Shown: positions 1 through 13,463, numbered from the stretch's first letter. The stretch is 64,000 bases of DNA from Eledone cirrhosa (GCA_964016885.1 OZ024742.1:320602001-320666000), one strand, 5' to 3'. Numbers and translations: made by a program. Notes: generated by a model from the letters alone, not told the origin.

Positions 1-103
1 ATATGTCTACTTCCGGTGTGTACAATATTCTCTATATTTCCCAGATGTCTCACATGGTGATTAATAAATAGCAGCCATGATGTTGCATAATTCACTTTAA
101 AGC

Positions 104-148
<45 letters not shown>

Positions 149-339
149 TGGTCGTCCCCCTCCTTCTCCGTCTTACACTTACTTTTATTCCTCCTCCTCT
201 TCCACTGTCCCTATACTTGCCCGTCTGTCCTTTGTGTGTGTATGTGTGTGTGTGTATATATATATATATATACACATACATACACACGTGTAGATATATA
301 CACACACACACGTACACACACACACACATGTATATATAT

Positions 340-371
<32 letters not shown>

Positions 372-382
372 AATACACACGT

Positions 383-413
<31 letters not shown>

Positions 414-467
414 CACACGTACACACACACACAAACACACATACACACACACACACACACACCACAC

Positions 468-504
<37 letters not shown>

Positions 505-563
505 ATACACACACACACATGTATATAATATATATATTCATTTTATTAAGGCTAAACAGTGAG

Positions 564-613
564 TCTTGTTACTCTGGAGTTTCACCGGATTCTCACAGGG
601 TCATCAGACAAGA
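564..613 (-). ncRNA. Type I hammerhead ribozyme (family H1)
   Basis: Minus strand reads tcttgt-CTGATGA-ccctgtgagaatccggt-GAAA-ctc ca gag-TA-acaaga: 6-bp stem I, canonical core, stem III, UA cleavage site. The unit lies between TA-rich tracts. Confidence 0.8.
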
Positions 614-795
614 ATATATATAGAAAGAAAGTATAGCAACAATTGTGGTGCCCCAGTATGACCTCAGTTGGAGGGCTGGAACAAGTAATATGTATATATG
701 TATATATGTAATATATGTATATGTATTCTAGCCATCTGGCTGAGGCTATACTGGTGCAGCATTATAGTTGCTACACTTTTTATAGTCTTCGTTCT

Positions 796-1010
796 TTAGC
801 CATTGATATACGAGGAAGTTTGACATCGCTGCCCTTATTTATGTTCCTTGTCGAGTTGTAGATTAGTTCGTCTGTGATCTTAGAAAGAAGATACTTCTTG
901 GAACATCTACATCCACCCCATGTAGATCTATTAAGTTTTCTGGTGGCATATTAAAGAACTAGGGACCCTTATTCATGTTTGTATTGTCCGGTGTTCAGTG
1001 CCACATCCTG
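796..1010 (-). mobile_element. Degenerate CR1-like LINE 3' fragment
   Basis: Broken minus-strand translation resembles a CR1 ORF2 C-terminus (KGP.FFN.PP..L.DLHGVDVD...SKITDE...RAAMSN). Confidence 0.4.
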
Positions 1011-1332
1011 GATTTGTATATATTATAATAGTTGAAAGAGAGAGAGAGGGGGTGGGTAAAGTTCCATATCCCCTTTTTTCAACTACAAATCCGGAAAATG
1101 GCTCTGAACACCGACAACACAGACACGAATATGAATAAAGAAATACTAAAAGAACTGCAAGATATTAATGGAAATCTTACAATCCTAACAGAAAAAACTC
1201 GATAAACTACATAACCCATAGATGCAGCAACGAAGACAAGAGAAGAACAACCCATAATGAGTTCAGTCTCAATATACTGCAGTCCTCCGGAGCCGCGGGG
1301 CGGCCAGCGTGTGGGCCCCCATTTGCTTATAA

Positions 1333-1430
1333 TAATTGTTTCTACTTTTGACACAAAGCCAGCAATTACCCCAGTGTGCATTACTGGTTACTTTATTTTA
1401 TCGACCACCTCGGCGGGATTTGTTCTCAGA
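1333..1430 (-). mobile_element. tRNA-derived Nin/Deu-domain-like SINE, partial
   Basis: Shares the tail and core (tactggttactttattttatcgacc...cctcggcgggatttg) with the full copy at 11869-12056; internally deleted. Confidence 0.75.
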
Positions 1431-2027
1431 ATGGCAAGGGCCGGAAACTCTAGAGTTGGGAGAGCGGGAGAGACGAAAGCGGTAACAGTGGGCGTTTGGT
1501 TCCTTTGTGTCCGGACCTGGTGTATATGTATATACATACATATATTTAAAAACATACATGCTACACATATATACACATACATACACATACATACACACAA
1601 ACACACAGACAATAGTGACGTTCGCACCAACGGTATCTTTTGAATTATCTAGAAAACAAATTATTTTGTGCCGTAATCGTCTTAACCTTAGTTTTAGCGA
1701 TAATCTTTACGTTAGTCTTAGTCTTAATCATAATCTTAGTCTTTGTCATATCTTTAGTCTAGTGCTAGTCGTACCTTTTGTCATAGTCGAACTCTTATTT
1801 GTTGTATTGGTCTTATCCCCAGTATTAGTGTTATCATAGCAATAGTGTTAGTCTTTGTCTTATCCTTACTCTTATCATCGTATTTATCTTCGTCATAGTT
1901 TTAGTCGTAGTCATCTGTTATACAAAAATAACGGTTTTTGTTGTTGTTTTCTTTGTGTCTTTTATAGTGTTGTTTACTTTTCACTATTGTTCATTGTTAG
2001 AACTGCCCGTCTGTGTGTGTGTGTATA

Positions 2028-2081
<54 letters not shown>

Positions 2082-2091
2082 ATGCATGTAA

Positions 2092-2123
<32 letters not shown>

Positions 2124-2329
2124 ATAATATATATATATATATATATAAAATGTAAATATATATATATGTATGTTATGTATATATATGTATATATAATATA
2201 TATATATATATGTATGTATGTATGTATGTATATATATATGTGTGTGTGTGTGCATGTATGTATGTATATATTATGTGTGTGTGTGTGTGTGCATGTATGT
2301 ATATATATATTTATATATATGTATGTATG

Positions 2330-2360
<31 letters not shown>

Positions 2361-2795
2361 ATGTATGTATATATATATATATATGTGTGTATGTGTATAT
2401 GTGTGTATGTGTACATGGCTCCCCCACCTCCTTCAATATATTCCAGGAATAGAATGATTATGTAATGTTGGTTGGACAGGTTTTCGACACATGAATAAGA
2501 AAGCTAGGTCATGGCGTTTTACAAACTTGACCCACCACCACCACCACCACACACACACACACGCTCACGGACACATATACACATAATATTCACACACACA
2601 CACTTACAAATCTATCTAGCTATCTACATCTATACATACTTATACACAGACACTGAGAAAAATAGCACACACACACACATATATATATATATTAAATACA
2701 GCCCCCCCCCCCCCAATGTATACACGCTTCAACAGCATTCTAATAAAAATGTGTATACTTCTTTGGGGACAGCCTGTATACACTATATTAATAGA

Positions 2796-3273
2796 CTAGT
2801 AGAAAAACCACCCGATTGTGGTTTTCTGCTAGCATGTGTAGTGTGTATATTGATATTATACGCAAGTATATATACATGTAGATATGATATATCAAATAAA
2901 ATCGTAATTGACAATATACACAGAAATTGAACGAAGACTGCGTTACATTGTCTTATGTAATCAGTAACGTAATCCATGATACATTAAAAAAGACGATATT
3001 ATATATAAACTGCATTAGGAAAAAATTAGTGACAGAAAATGAGTATGTTTATTTAAGCGATCGCCAACCGGAAGCGTTGACATTTCAGAAATTTTAAGAA
3101 GTGAAACTTTAAATAAACAAAATATATTTAATCAACAGCCACGAAATTTAGTAGATAAATTATGTAATATTCATTCATTATTTATTCAAAGTAATCCAAC
3201 TTATTTTACTAATGGGAATAAAAAATTATAAACCGTACGCAGTCCCACGCTCCTCCCTTTATTATAGTTTAGA
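2796..3273 (-). mobile_element. Non-autonomous Helitron (family Hel-A)
   Basis: On the minus strand it starts TCTAAACTATAATAAAG and ends in the hairpin agaaaaccac..gtggtttttct followed by CTAG, inserted between A and T. A second 5' end at about 3908 indicates a longer variant. Other copies at 23222, 28039 and 40392. Confidence 0.8.
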
Positions 3274-4034
3274 TTATATTTGTTAGTGTTTTCCTTCTGT
3301 AACCATTATATTAAATGAGTTTAAAAAAACAGAGTTAATAAATAAATAAAACGTATGACTGTATGTGCGTGTTTGTGTAAATGTATATGTATGAATGTAT
3401 GTATGTTTGTGTGAAAGTATGTGTGAATGTATGTATGTTTGTGTGAAAGTATGTGTGAATGAATGTATATTTGTGTGAAAATATGTGTATTTGTGTGAAT
3501 TATGTCTGTGAGAGTGTATTTTTATAAGTTTGTGTTTGCGCCATTATAGTTATATACTCATAATAGTTATATACTCATACATATAGCTGTATGTATGTGC
3601 ACAATCATACGCGTCAGGTGTAGAAAATCATAATCTCTCTATCTCTCTCATCACAAACTCTCTCTTTCTATATATATGGTAGTTGAAGTGGTGGTGGTGG
3701 CGACGATTTACCGGAAGTGCAACTTTGAAAAGAAGTCAATTTGAAATTATTTATTTTTACGAAATTATTTTTGTTTACGAAATTTAGTAGATAAATTATG
3801 TAATATTCATTCGTTATTTATTCAATGTAATCCAACTTATTTTACAAACGGGATAAAAAAACATAAACCGTACGCAATCCCGCAGACCTTCCTTTATTAT
3901 AGTTTAGATACTATGCCTGTGCATCGAGTGCTTGTTTTGTAACCACCACGAGTAATTCACTGAATATAGGGAGAAGGAGAAATTGGAAATAGCACTGAAA
4001 ATATAATATATTTAAGGGTGTGTGTGTGTGTGTG

Positions 4035-4127
<93 letters not shown>

Positions 4128-4210
4128 CGGGTTGTTATTCCGGGTTGAATCTAACCACAGTAAGTAAGGTACTCAATACATAGCAGGGTATAAAAGTTTT
4201 AATATAGATG

Positions 4211-4261
4211 AGATTCTACAGGACTAGAACTGTTTCATTCTTTAGAAATCATCAGGAATCT
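4211..4261 (-). ncRNA. Type I hammerhead ribozyme (family H2), left arm of a fold-back
   Basis: Exact reverse complement of 4300-4350. Confidence 0.85.
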
Positions 4262-4299
4262 GGCTATCCAAATTTATCCACATTTATTTTTGGATAGCC

Positions 4300-4350
4300 A
4301 GATTCCTGATGATTTCTAAAGAATGAAACAGTTCTAGTCCTGTAGAATCT
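4300..4350 (+). ncRNA. Type I hammerhead ribozyme (family H2)
   Basis: agattc-CTGATGA-t ttc taaa gaa t-GAAA-cag ttctagtc ctg-TA-gaatct: all three stems and the core are intact. Confidence 0.85.
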
Positions 4351-4362
4351 AATCTATATTAA

Positions 4363-4403
<41 letters not shown>

Positions 4404-4439
4404 AATACATAAACATATATATATATACATATATACATA

Positions 4440-4491
<52 letters not shown>

Positions 4492-4628
4492 TATGTATAT
4501 ATGTTTATGTATATATGTATATATATATATGTATATATATATATATGTATATATATGTATGTATATATACATGTATATATATATATATATACATATGTAT
4601 ATATATATGTATATATATGTATGTATAT

Positions 4629-4682
<54 letters not shown>

Positions 4683-4704
4683 GTATATATATATGTATAT
4701 ATAT

Positions 4705-5071
4705 CAGTGGCGAAGGATAACCTGGAAAGCAGGGCATGCAGTCCAATCGCCATGGTGGAAAGTGGGGCTGTGCAGCCCCCCCCCCCCAATTCCTCTAAAT
4801 GACCCTCCCGGTCAAAGCCGCATGTAGTGTTATCTAGTGTGTGTGTGTGTTATATTTTTGTGTCTACGATTTAGTAAGCAGTCAAAATTCTGCTTGTCCC
4901 AAAGCTGTCGTGTGTTTGTGTGTATGTGTTTGTGTATATGTGTGTGTGTGTGTGTGTGTTATCTTTTTTTATGTCTATACTTTTTAGTAAGCAGCCAAAA
5001 TTCTGCTTGCTTCAACCGACGCAATTGATCAACTCATGCACTGCGTTGCATGCATGGACCCTTCGCCCCTG
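4705..5071. mobile_element. hAT-like MITE
   Basis: Terminal inverted repeats cagtggcgaagg / ccttcgcccctg, flanked by (AT)n on both sides. Confidence 0.65.
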
Positions 5072-5153
<82 letters not shown>

Positions 5154-5171
5154 ATATATGTATATGTATTA

Positions 5172-5236
<65 letters not shown>

Positions 5237-5478
5237 TTGTTTATATATATATATGATACATTTACATCAGTATTAAGGTAACCCAGATTGTGTTAACGTG
5301 TACATAAATTTACACATTAGTCATTTCGACATGTTACCATGCTGCATTTCCCTGCAATTTGAAAAAAAAAATGTTTAATCCATTTTCAAAACTTTTGGGT
5401 TTCTCATCAATATATACATATAAATATATATGCAATGATATTAAATAAATGGAAACTATATATATAAAACCATATTTA

Positions 5479-5537
5479 TTTTATTATATATATTTCAAGG
5501 GCACCAAAACACTTTGGTACGCTTTCTTCAGATAAAA
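5479..5537 (-). ncRNA. Type I hammerhead ribozyme (family H3)
   Basis: ttttat-CTGAAGA-aagcgtaccaaagtgttttggtgccctt-GAAA-(ta)n-TA-ataaaa; homologous to 29091 and 51976. Confidence 0.8.
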
Positions 5538-6051
5538 TACAAAGTTTGTTTTATAAATAGAGACATACCCAGGAAAATCATACCTTATCAGTTGAATATT
5601 CCTTGAATAGTGGAAATGTATAATGGATTTTTCAAACTTATAGGTGAATATGCAAATGAATATGTAAATAATTCAAAAACAACCGTTAATTTAAACGGCT
5701 ATGGAGAGTTTTGATATATAATATATAATAGTAAGAGAGAGTAGAAGGAAAAAATAGTAAGAGAGAGAAGAGAAGAAGGAAAAAATAGTAAGAGAGAGAG
5801 AGAGAAGAAGGAAAAAAGCAAAGATCAATGAAAAACTCATATAACATTAATTTGAGGGAAATATATTTGAACAGTTATCTATGTATATATGTAAGTATAT
5901 ATTTTAATAGTATGTGTATTTATATTAAAAGGATAATTTACAATTATTATAATTTGTTTATAATATGAGTTACGAGGGATGTTTTTGTTCTGTTTTAAGT
6001 AGATAAATAAATAAATAAATAAATGGGTATATTATGTAAATAATATACGGC

Positions 6052-6160
6052 AAATCCCGCCGAGGTTAACTTTGCCTTTCATCCTTACGCGGTCGATAAA
6101 ATAAAGTACCAGTAATACACTGATATAATTGCTGGCCTTGTGCCAAAAGTAGAAACAATT
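6052..6160 (+). mobile_element. tRNA-derived SINE, 5'-truncated
   Basis: aaatcccgccgaggttaactttgcctttcatccttacgcggtcgataaaataaagtaccag core plus tail. Confidence 0.8.
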
Positions 6161-6419
6161 ATGTAAATAAATATGTATTTAAAATTGAGAATGATTTAAA
6201 ATTAAATTAACGGAGTTAAGTAATAATATTTATATTATTGAAAAGGAAAGATAAGGAAAGATAAATTCCGATTTTATTTATTCGTTAGTGTGAGACTATT
6301 TAGTCAAAATAAGTATGGATGCTTAAGATACATTTAGCCAGAATCAGTTAGTGGTTATTATCTACATTTAAATAATAGCTTTAGCGGGTGTCATAGTACT
6401 TAATAAAGACTTAAGAAAT

Positions 6420-6770
6420 TAAGAAAATTAAAAAAATCAAGAAAATTAAATTTTAAAAAATAAAAAATTAAAGAGAAATAAAAAATAAATAATAAAAAAT
6501 AAAAAATAATAATAATATAAAAAAAAAATAAATAAATAAATAAATAAAAAATAAAAAAAAAAATAAAAAAAAATAAAAAAAAAATAAAAAAATAAAAAAT
6601 AAAAAATAAACAAAAAATAAAAAATTATTAAAAAATTATTAAAAAATTATTAAAAAATTATTAAAAAAAAAAAATAATAAAAAAAAAATAAAATAAAAAA
6701 TAAATAAAAAATAAAAAATAAAAAATAAAAAATAAAAAATAAAAAATAAAAAAAAAATTAAAAAATTAGA
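6420..6770. repeat. A-rich low-complexity tract (AAAAAAT-like units)
   Basis: Directly visible. Confidence 0.9.
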
Positions 6771-7239
6771 ATTATATACGTATATATAAGAAAATATAAA
6801 AAAAAGTGGAAGTACAGCAAATATTAGAGATAGTTTGATTTAGATATCAATATATTAAAAATAAAGTAGATGAGATTATGGAGATTAATAGGAATATTAT
6901 AAGTATAATTATAAGTTATATATAGTTCTGAATGTTGAATTCTGGCGATGTCTACAAGAATTAAATAAATTCGAATAAATATGGTTTTATAAATATATTT
7001 TCCATTTATTTAATATCATTGAATATTTACTCCAGAAAACTGTCGAGTACTCTGAATCAGTTATAAACATTTATATTTGTCGGATTTCCAACAAATTAAA
7101 TATCCCTTCTACTTATAAATATATATATATATATATAAATACAGTGAATTTTTTAAAATTTATTTTGAAACTTTTTCTTATTTGCTAAACCTTGATTATA
7201 TATATATATATATTATTTGCTAAACCTTGATTATATATA

Positions 7240-7483
7240 TATAGTGAAAAGATAACAAGGACGATTGGTTACTCCTTCATGACGTTTATTGGTTGGTGAC
7301 GCGCGTTTCGCCACTGATCAGCTCAAGGTTCGATCTGTATCGATCTGACCCGACTCTGTAATCCGCGGCTCGGGTCAGATCGATACAGATCGAATCTTGA
7401 GCTGATCAGGGGCGAAACGCGCGTCACCAACCAATTAACGCAATGAAAGAGGAACCAATTGCCCTTGTTATCTTTTTCACTAT
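7240..7483. repeat. Imperfect inverted repeat (arms about 113 bp) carrying HHR 3' halves
   Basis: Arms 7240-7353 and 7370-7483; each carries GAAACGCGCGTC. Related sequence at 53100-53260. Confidence 0.85.
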
Positions 7484-7583
7484 AATACACTCTGTATAGC
7501 TCTACACCTCGACACTGAAGTGAACCTAAACATCGAGTGCTCACCCGGGTGAACCTACAGTAACTGCAAGTTACAGTCTCTGG

Positions 7584-7619
<36 letters not shown>

Positions 7620-7623
<4 letters not shown>

Positions 7624-7837
7624 TAGAAATATAAGCTCTCACCGTATTTTTGACTAAATAAATTTTTTAGCCTGATAGTGGGGTTTAGAATCCTCAGAGA
7701 AATGGAAAAAGATGAGTATTGACGTACATGTACGTCAATACTCATCTTTTTCCATTTCTCTGAGGATTCTAAACCCCACTATCAGGCTAAAAAATTTATT
7801 TAGTCAAAAATACGGTGAAAGCTTATATTTCTAATTT
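7620..7837. repeat. Near-perfect spacerless palindrome (arms about 109 bp)
   Basis: Centre gacgtaca|tgtacgtc at 7728/7729; one mismatch seen between arms. Confidence 0.95.
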
Positions 7838-8709
7838 CAAACTCGCTCACTGTTTCAAAAACATACTTACTTAATATACACAGTTCAAGACAAGGGTAAC
7901 CAATCTTAAAGAGAGAGATGGAGATAGGAGAGGAGATAGGAGAGGAGATAGGAGAGGAGAAGAGAGATTGGTGAATTAGTTAGAGGCCAAAGCGTAAAGG
8001 CATGTGCTCAATGTGCAATATGCAGTGGAAGACAGCTAGGTGGCTGGGTTCATGCAGAGGTTAGGTGCACAGAGCTGGAAATATTCATTAGTTAAGCAAA
8101 ACAAGACCACATATTTCACAAGGAAGACATTATTAAAAGATTGTCAACATAGTTTTAGTTTAATGTAAGGAATGTAGAGAATAATAATAATAATAATAAT
8201 ATTAATAATGTCCGTTTACAATTGTTTCGCTACTCCATATAATTTTTCTGGATCAAATGATTATAGATCATTATTGATCTTGTTCAGTTGAAGATAATTA
8301 ACTTAGGTAAAATTAGAGCAGCTCATCGGAACTTCAAAAGGAATATAAATTAAAATAAAGAAAGAATGTTACATGAATGTAATGTTCCATATATTGGTAT
8401 TTCACTATGGTGTCCTGGGTATATCTATTGTCTGCCATAGTTGAGCAATATTCTTCTGTCGAGGCTGCACTGTGTGAGATCTGCCTATGGGTAACAAGAT
8501 GGCCACCAATGGACATATTTACCTTACCAATTAGAGGGTGGTTTCAGGGGAAGTAACTCCTCGAGAAATTAGAAATTGTGGGTAGTTTATAGTTAAGAAG
8601 TGCTAATTTTTTTAATTGAGAGACAATGTAAGGGAGGTAACTTATAATTATCTAAGTTAGCTATAACTATTTAACTTATTAGTTATAAGTAAAAATGTGA
8701 CTAGATGAC

Positions 8710-8870
8710 TATGTTGGGTCAAATATTCTGTTGGCGAAGGAATTAGCCTTTCGATGTTGACAGCTAATAATTACCTCCGTTCTATCATTAATCGGTAGAG
8801 GTCGTGATAGAGTTATGTAATATGCTTCGGTAAGACAGAGGTCACAAGAGTTTCTTCGTCCATTGAACGT
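8710..8870 (-). pseudogene. Naiad/Penelope GIY-YIG C-terminal fragment (not in ORF track)
   Basis: Manual translation FNGRRNSCDLCLTEAYYITLSRPLPINDRTEVIISCQHRKANSF matches the CxLC..E...N.R.E.I..C.H motif of the other copies in this window. Confidence 0.8.
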
Positions 8871-8943
8871 TGGGCCCTAGCCAAGCTATCCCGTCAATAT
8901 GACGTAGCTGTGTCTGTGTGTATGTGTATATATGTATATATAT

Positions 8944-8976
<33 letters not shown>

Positions 8977-8977
<1 letters not shown>

Positions 8978-9105
8978 GTGTGTAACGTTTTTCGAAATAT
9001 TTACTTCTGCGTTCACAGATTGATTTTTTAAATTTTAGTTTCAAAAGATCCCGTTAAGGGTGAAAGCAGCGATTCTTTGCTTAAACTTTAATCTGTTATT
9101 TCAAT
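8977..9105 (+). mobile_element. Solo pLTR fragment of Naiad-1 with degenerate H4 hammerhead (9037-9087)
   Basis: Matches the 3' pLTR at 31481-31690; the core reads CAAAAGA here. Confidence 0.8.
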
Positions 9106-9313
9106 ATATATATATATATAATTATATATTCGTGTACAGGTATTTTTGCATACACAATAGCAAAATATAAACAAAAGTATTTATTTCGCGATAAAGTACT
9201 GATTTTCTTCGCACGGGAAAAAACCCTGGTAATCTACGACGAATTTTTTTTATAAGCACAAAATGTAGATACCATCCCGAGGCCGAGGTATTACGTACTT
9301 ATCTGTACTGTTA

Positions 9314-9344
<31 letters not shown>

Positions 9345-9452
9345 TTTTATTCCAAACGATCGACTTTCGTCAAATCGGACCGAGGAAACAGTGTTTCCAT
9401 TGGTCTTTCCATTTGCTAATACTATCTATCGGTCGCAACTCCAGGTAGAAGG

Positions 9453-9783
<331 letters not shown>

Positions 9784-10164
9784 TACACAGTAAAAAAATA
9801 TAAAAATATAAACAAACGTATTTATTTCACGAGGCTCGATAAGGATAAATATATATCAAATATATAAGAACCCTAGAGCGAATCCCAAGCAACGCCGGGC
9901 TATTCTGCTAGTTAAATATATATTATATGAAAAAAGATCTCAATGCAGATGCATGCTACATAATGTTTCAAACTTCAATCAGCTTAAGACATAGCCATTC
10001 TATATTGGTAGTTTAGTTATTTTTAGGCGAAACCAAGATGGTCTGAAGGTTGAAACCTGAGGTAGCATGCATTTGTGTTGAGATCTTTGTTATATAATAT
10101 ATATATATATATTTATATATATATTTATTACATATTATATAAAAAAGATCTCTCTCTCTCTCTC

Positions 10165-10236
<72 letters not shown>

Positions 10237-11106
10237 CACTGGAATGGATGTACTAATTTGCATATATACATGAAGAGAAAAGTGGCAGTGGGAGAAGAAG
10301 CGATATAGATAAAGAAATTGTAAAAGAAGGAAAGAGAGAGAGGGGGATAGAGAGAAGTAACTGGTTGGACACATGGTCAAATGGGTTGATAGATGACCAC
10401 AGGTGACCCCCCCCCCCCAAAAAAAAATACCATGCATTGGTCGATATAAACGTTGATATAGAAAATGGCTGTATGGTCACGATTGGAATGTCGTCTATCA
10501 TAGTTTTGTTCAATCATAGTTTACACAACTCAAGGTCAGTCAATGTAGGCTGGAGAGGCTCATTCTGGTCTCTAACGTTATGGTCCGACAAAGACAGATC
10601 GATAAAATAAGTACAGGATTCAATAAAAGAGACTTACTGTGGTCGATATGATCGATTAAATCCCTCAAAGGTGGTGATACAGCATGGCCGTAGTTTAATG
10701 TTTGAAACCAGTAAAAGAATAAAAAAAATGACCTTTAATCTTATCCTCAGTCTTAGTCTTAACATGTGTCTTAGTCCTAGTCTTAATCTTCGTCTTAGTT
10801 TTAATTTTAGTGTTGGTCTTTCTATTATACGAGAGAGAGATCAATGTTTTAAGCTTTCTTGTTCATTGTTTATTTTTACAATCGTGTGTGTGTCATTGTG
10901 TGTATTTATGTGCGTATGTATATGTGTGTGTATATATTTGTTAGTTACCCCCTCCCCAGTGTTTTCCAGGAATAGAATGATTACGTAATGTTGGTGAACA
11001 GGCTTTGACACATGAACAACACACTGAGGTCATAGCGTTTTACACACATTCGCACAAACACAGACATACACACACACACAAACTTACACACAAATACACA
11101 CACACA

Positions 11107-11154
<48 letters not shown>

Positions 11155-11246
11155 ATGATCGGTGAAGATGTGAAATGACAAAAAGGGAGGGAGAAAGAAA
11201 ACCGAGAGAAACATCTCTCTCTCTCCACACACACGCACACACACGC

Positions 11247-11341
<95 letters not shown>

Positions 11342-11344
<3 letters not shown>

Positions 11345-11678
11345 ATGCTTACGCAGGTGCTCAAGTATAGCTCTTTTTACAAAACGGTTTTTGTTCCATT
11401 TCAGGTAGACGCCTGCCATCATCCAGTAAAAAACAAATCAGCACCAACAGTTTTGCAAGAGATGTCAACATGAATGGACCTGTTATTTTTTTTATCTAAG
11501 GACATGTTTTCCAATTCTATCCTACCCGTCCCCTCAATCTATTTTATTTCTCATTCTTTCTTCTGATGAAGGACTAGCGTCCGAAACGTTAAGACCCTCT
11601 TCCTGCTATATCAAACGTTAACCTAATATATACCTTCCATATACTGTACCGATTGTGTTGTTATTTCTGTTTACCTTT

Positions 11679-11690
<12 letters not shown>
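11342..11690 (+). mobile_element. About 350-bp HHR-bearing interspersed repeat (pLTR/retrozyme-like, family H5)
   Basis: Closely similar copy at 25256-25612; partial copies at 13935-14112(-), 52818-53045(-) and 53259-53385(+). Flanked by (CA)n and (TACA)/(TA)n. Confidence 0.8.
11559..11594 (+). ncRNA. Minimal hammerhead ribozyme (H5) with palindromic stem III
   Basis: tctt-CTGATGA-a ggac tagc gtcc-GAA-ACGT-T-aaga, the minimal dimer-type HHR architecture described for Penelope elements. Confidence 0.8.
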
Positions 11691-11726
<36 letters not shown>

Positions 11727-11754
11727 TATAAACTCATGTATACATGCATAAACA

Positions 11755-11803
<49 letters not shown>

Positions 11804-11868
11804 GTGTGGTGTTGACGGACGTGAGAATGAGTACTCAATACCGAAGTAGAGTTTAAATATTATTTATT

Positions 11869-12056
11869 AATTGTTTCTACGTTAGGCACAAGGCCAGCAA
11901 ATTACCCAGTGTATTACTGGTACTTTATTTTATCGACCCCGTAAGGATGAAAGGCAAAGTTAACCTCGGCGGGATTTGAACTCAGACTGTAAAGGGACGT
12001 AACTATGCTAGAAAACATGGCGTCCGACCCTCTACCGATACTGCCAATCCACCGCC
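11869..12056 (-). mobile_element. Full-length tRNA-derived Nin/Deu-domain-like SINE
   Basis: A box TGGCAGTATCGG, B box GAGTTCAAATCC, core gcctttcatccttacggggtcgataaaataaagtacca. Confidence 0.85.
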
Positions 12057-12589
12057 AATATTATTTATTAATGCTAAGTGACGAGTCTTGTTATTCTGAA
12101 TCTATTAATTACACGTACAAGTGCCTCAATACTTAAGTATGTCATCAAAATATATTATCCATAGGTATTGGGTCGTCTGTGTTCAGGTATTTTGGGTCCT
12201 TCTCTGGCATTTCAATATTTCACCTCACTATAAGAAACAAACAAACAAACAAACAAAAAAAGGAAAGAAAAAGAAAAAAAAAATGACCTGTCCCTCGTAC
12301 CCGTAGAGCTTCTATTTTTCTGTCTCGTCAATCTTATGCCTTGCCTGTGTATTGAAACACCTGTACAAATGTAAGGTAAATATAAATATATGTATTAATT
12401 TACACTCTACTGAACTGTGCCATTTACTTGAGTGATGGTCTCCTCGAAAAAGATGGTATGTTTTTGGTGTTGAAACTTAGCTGAGCCCGTCCCTCACCAT
12501 GACGGAACAGAGCGAGAGAAAGAGAGAGAGAGAGAGAGAGAGTGAGAGTGAGAGAGAGAGAGGGGGGGGGGGGAGAAATATATATATAA

Positions 12590-12750
12590 GTGTCGGGTTT
12601 AATCGGGGGTAACCGCAGTTAGTAAGGTGCTCAATACATTAGTAATGTGTAAACATAATGTGGTTTAATAATAGAAATGGCTTTTACAGGACTAGAACTG
12701 TTTCATCCAAAAGAAATCATCAGTTCTAGTCCTATAGAAGCCATTTCTGT
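12590..12750 (-). mobile_element. Diverged H2-family pLTR fragment with HHR core (12686-12723) and short fold-back
   Basis: Similar to 4127-4261; reads CTGATGA-tttcttttggat-GAAA-cagttctagtcctg-TA, but the 5' strand of stem I is replaced by an inversion. Confidence 0.65.
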
Positions 12751-13005
12751 AGGACTAAAGAGAGAACCGACCCATGACTGGACAGATATTTTATTTATCG
12801 ATCTCGAAAGGATGAAAGGCAAAGTTGACCACGACGGCAGTATTTGGACTCAGAGCGAATCGAACCTACAATCCTTACGAGGATGAACTTAACACTTTAG
12901 AATCCAAAGAACAAAACTAATCATTGACCAATTTAGAGTACAAAGAGTTAAACTAATCACAACTAAATTGACCAAATTTGGCCTCCCCAATATATGTATG
13001 TATGC

Positions 13006-13036
<31 letters not shown>

Positions 13037-13122
13037 CATCTCTCTCTCTCCCTCTCTCTCTCTATATATATATACATATATGTATATGTATGTATGTGTG
13101 TATATTTACACACACACACATA

Positions 13123-13158
<36 letters not shown>

Positions 13159-13190
13159 AAAGATCGGAGGCCATATTATCTCTCTCTCTC

Positions 13191-13250
<60 letters not shown>

Positions 13251-13463
13251 TCTCTCTCTCACAAACCACAACTATCCACACTAAGTGACATATCTCTATG
13301 CCATGTGTCATGTGTCATGTGTCATTTCCGACACAACCAACAAAGATTTCCGAATTAAATTCCACCAAATATAGTAGTTATTGTGTCATTGGAAAATATG
13401 TCAGTCGTTCTTAATAGCTGTCTGTCTTATCATCTATCTATCTATCTATCTCTATCTATCTAC

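Noticed and set aside
2783-2977. Repeated small ORF MDYVTDYIRQC... (also at 23222 and 28533)
   Set aside because: It lies inside Hel-A Helitron copies; recurrence reflects the repeat, not coding conservation.
9872-9911. Isolated Helitron 3' ends (also 47618-47650 on the minus strand)
   Set aside because: Hairpin plus CTAG/CTAA is visible, but I could not define the 5' ends, so they are not annotated as elements.
9916-10105. HHR-like halves (GAAA-cc tga gg-TA, GAAA-cattatg-TA) in a diverged inverted repeat
   Set aside because: No intact CUGANGA with stem II; kept only as an inverted repeat.
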